From Azolla caroliniana (lineage: Eukaryota; Plantae; Polypodiophyta), in assembly GCA_043228905.1 (NCBI GenBank), contig JBHGNT010000003.1, forward strand, positions 12,090,001 to 12,154,000: a stretch of DNA of 64,000 nt. The letters run 5' to 3'. The stretch's first letter is position 1; each line of letters begins with the position of its first letter. This document shows, in pieces, positions 62,125 through 64,000 of this stretch. Both the position numbers and the translations under genes were made by a program. Below the pieces are notes generated by a model that saw nothing but the letters and a program-made list of their open reading frames with translations, was not told the origin of the DNA and made no database searches.

Positions 62125-63887
62125 CGTCGTCGACGAGGTCGAGAAATATACATGGCCGAGATTTCGGGTCCAGCTTCCCCCTTTGGTCCTTTGCAACATA
62201 TGCACATAGGCAAGACAACTGAACACCCTCAAATGTCGGTATGATACCTCTTTGTTGCTCCACACCCTTTGTGGAATATCATCGGCCAAGGGTATTGAGG
62301 GTGATTGGTTTATCACATACACAGCCGTCATCAGCGCCTCACCCTAGAACGTCTTCGGTAACTTTGCATTTGCAAGCATACTTCAGACCTTCTCCATTAC
62401 AACCCGGTTCATTCTCTCGGCCAACCCGTTAATTTCTGGCATCTTTAGCATGGTATATTTGAGCCGGATTCCCTGCACTCGGCAATATTCTTGTACGGTC
62501 CACGATACTAACCTTCATTGGTCACTCGGACTGCCTTCATTTTTCAGCCGGTTTCCCTCTTGGCCCTTGCTTGGAACTATTTGAAGATGGATAGCACCTT
62601 ATCCTTCGTCTTCAGCACGGAAGCCCACAACTTCCGGCTACAACTGTTTATGAAGGTCACGAAATACTGTGAACCAGCATGTGACTTTGTGTCCACATAG
62701 CATACATCCGTATGCACGACTTGCAGCAACATTTTCTTCCTCATTGGAGGCCTCGATCGGAATGAGGTTCTGTTTGTTTGCCGGCCAGACAATCGGCACA
62801 TTTATTTAGATGCGCACCTTCTTCACCTCTAGTAGGAGTTTTGTTTCGGCTAGTATCTTGCATTCCCTTTTGCCTCATGTGGCATAGCCTCTTATGCCAT
62901 AACTCACCGGATGTGTCGGTTGGCATGCTTACTTCCCCTCAGCATAATCAAGCATTCATCATGTATAGTGTGCTGGTTTTCTGAGCTCGAACCATGATCA
63001 AAATCCCCTTGCAAAAATTCATGACGTCGTTGCGGATGCTACTCGTGTAGCCTTCGTCATCTAGCCAACCAGCTGATATCAGATTCAATCTGACTTCCTG
63101 AACATGTCGAACATCTCTCAACACCAGTCTGCACCCAATCGATGTCATCCGACACACATCTCCAATGTTGACAATTCGGCATGCTCCTTCATTTCCCATA
63201 TTTACAAGACCGTGGTCTCTAGCCTTGTATTATGAGAAGCATTTTTGGTCGGAGGTTAGGGGAAACGAAGCACCCGAATCGACCACCCATGTCGATTCTT
63301 CGTCGGTGTCATTGATCTCATTTTGTTCACTAATGAACATAAGCTCCTCTTCAGTCGCGGTGATTGCTGAGGTGTTGTTTCCATCCGGAATTTTCTTCGG
63401 CTCTACATTATCAACTCCCCCTTTCTCCTTTCGAAAGTGTCGAAATTTTTTCTGAAAGTGCCCCAACTTCCCGCAATAGAAGCATGTAGGCCTCCCCCTC
63501 GACTTCGACCTTGTCCCCGACTTATCTTAATTCCCGGGACTACGATTTCGGCCTCTTCCTTGATTTGTGTCACTTTCCGTGACGAGGGCCTTCAGGTTGG
63601 TATTGGACTCTCGGTCCTTTAGAAGAGCTTCTTCATTCAATAAGCTTGACTTCACCTACTCTAGGGATAAATGCTTCGCTTCCGATCCAGGGTTGCCCAA
63701 AGAGACAATTAGCATCTCCCAATTGTCCGGAAGGGATCCCGACAACAATAGTGTTAATAGCTCGTCGGCAAGAGGTACTTCTAGAGAGGTGGTTTGATTC
63801 ATCAGTCCTTGGAAGGAATTAATGTGCTCCCCCATGTTAGAGCCATCCTGATACCTCAATTTCATGATCTTTATGGAATACTGATAC
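62125..63887 (-). pseudogene. Decayed Copia gag-protease-integrase fragment
   Basis: ORFs 63656-63865, 63230-63466 (WVVDSGAS), 62948-63199, 62577-62801. Confidence 0.9.
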
Positions 63888-64000
63888 TATTGGGAAATCG
63901 GTCCCTCCGAATGGGATCCGGTGTTAAATGAAGAGGACCCGGTGTGAACCGGATGAGAAGACATTTTTGTGAATATGTTTTGAGTAATCCTATTGAGGCT
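63888..64000 (+). repeat. Start of another Copia LTR, running off the window
   Basis: TATTGGGAAATCGGTCCCTCCG resembles the family LTR start TGTTGGG...GGTCCCTCCGGATGG and interrupts gag. Confidence 0.7.

Overview
Eukaryotic, almost certainly plant, heterochromatin-like DNA. A non-seed land plant is plausible given the Tcn1-like and Athila/Phygy-like Gypsy lineages, but that is inference. The window is essentially all nested transposable elements and I see no host gene. It holds two young, apparently intact Tork/Tnt1-like Ty1/Copia elements (31722-37114 minus; 56092-61413 plus) plus several decayed relatives and solo LTRs. A full-length chromodomain Gypsy (18696-30859) carries a complete hAT DNA transposon (24929-30087) whose four-exon transposase is still uninterrupted. 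A large non-chromovirus Gypsy (31481-46915) has a ~3.1 kb extra sense-strand ORF after pol, preceded by what looks like its own promoter. A Tcn1-like chromovirus family has LTRs that combine a perfect 4-unit heat-shock element with an antisense tRNA-like A-box/B-box module. Boundaries were read by eye from TG..CA termini, PBS/PPT and target-site duplications (TSDs). Lineage names come from motif recognition, not database searches.
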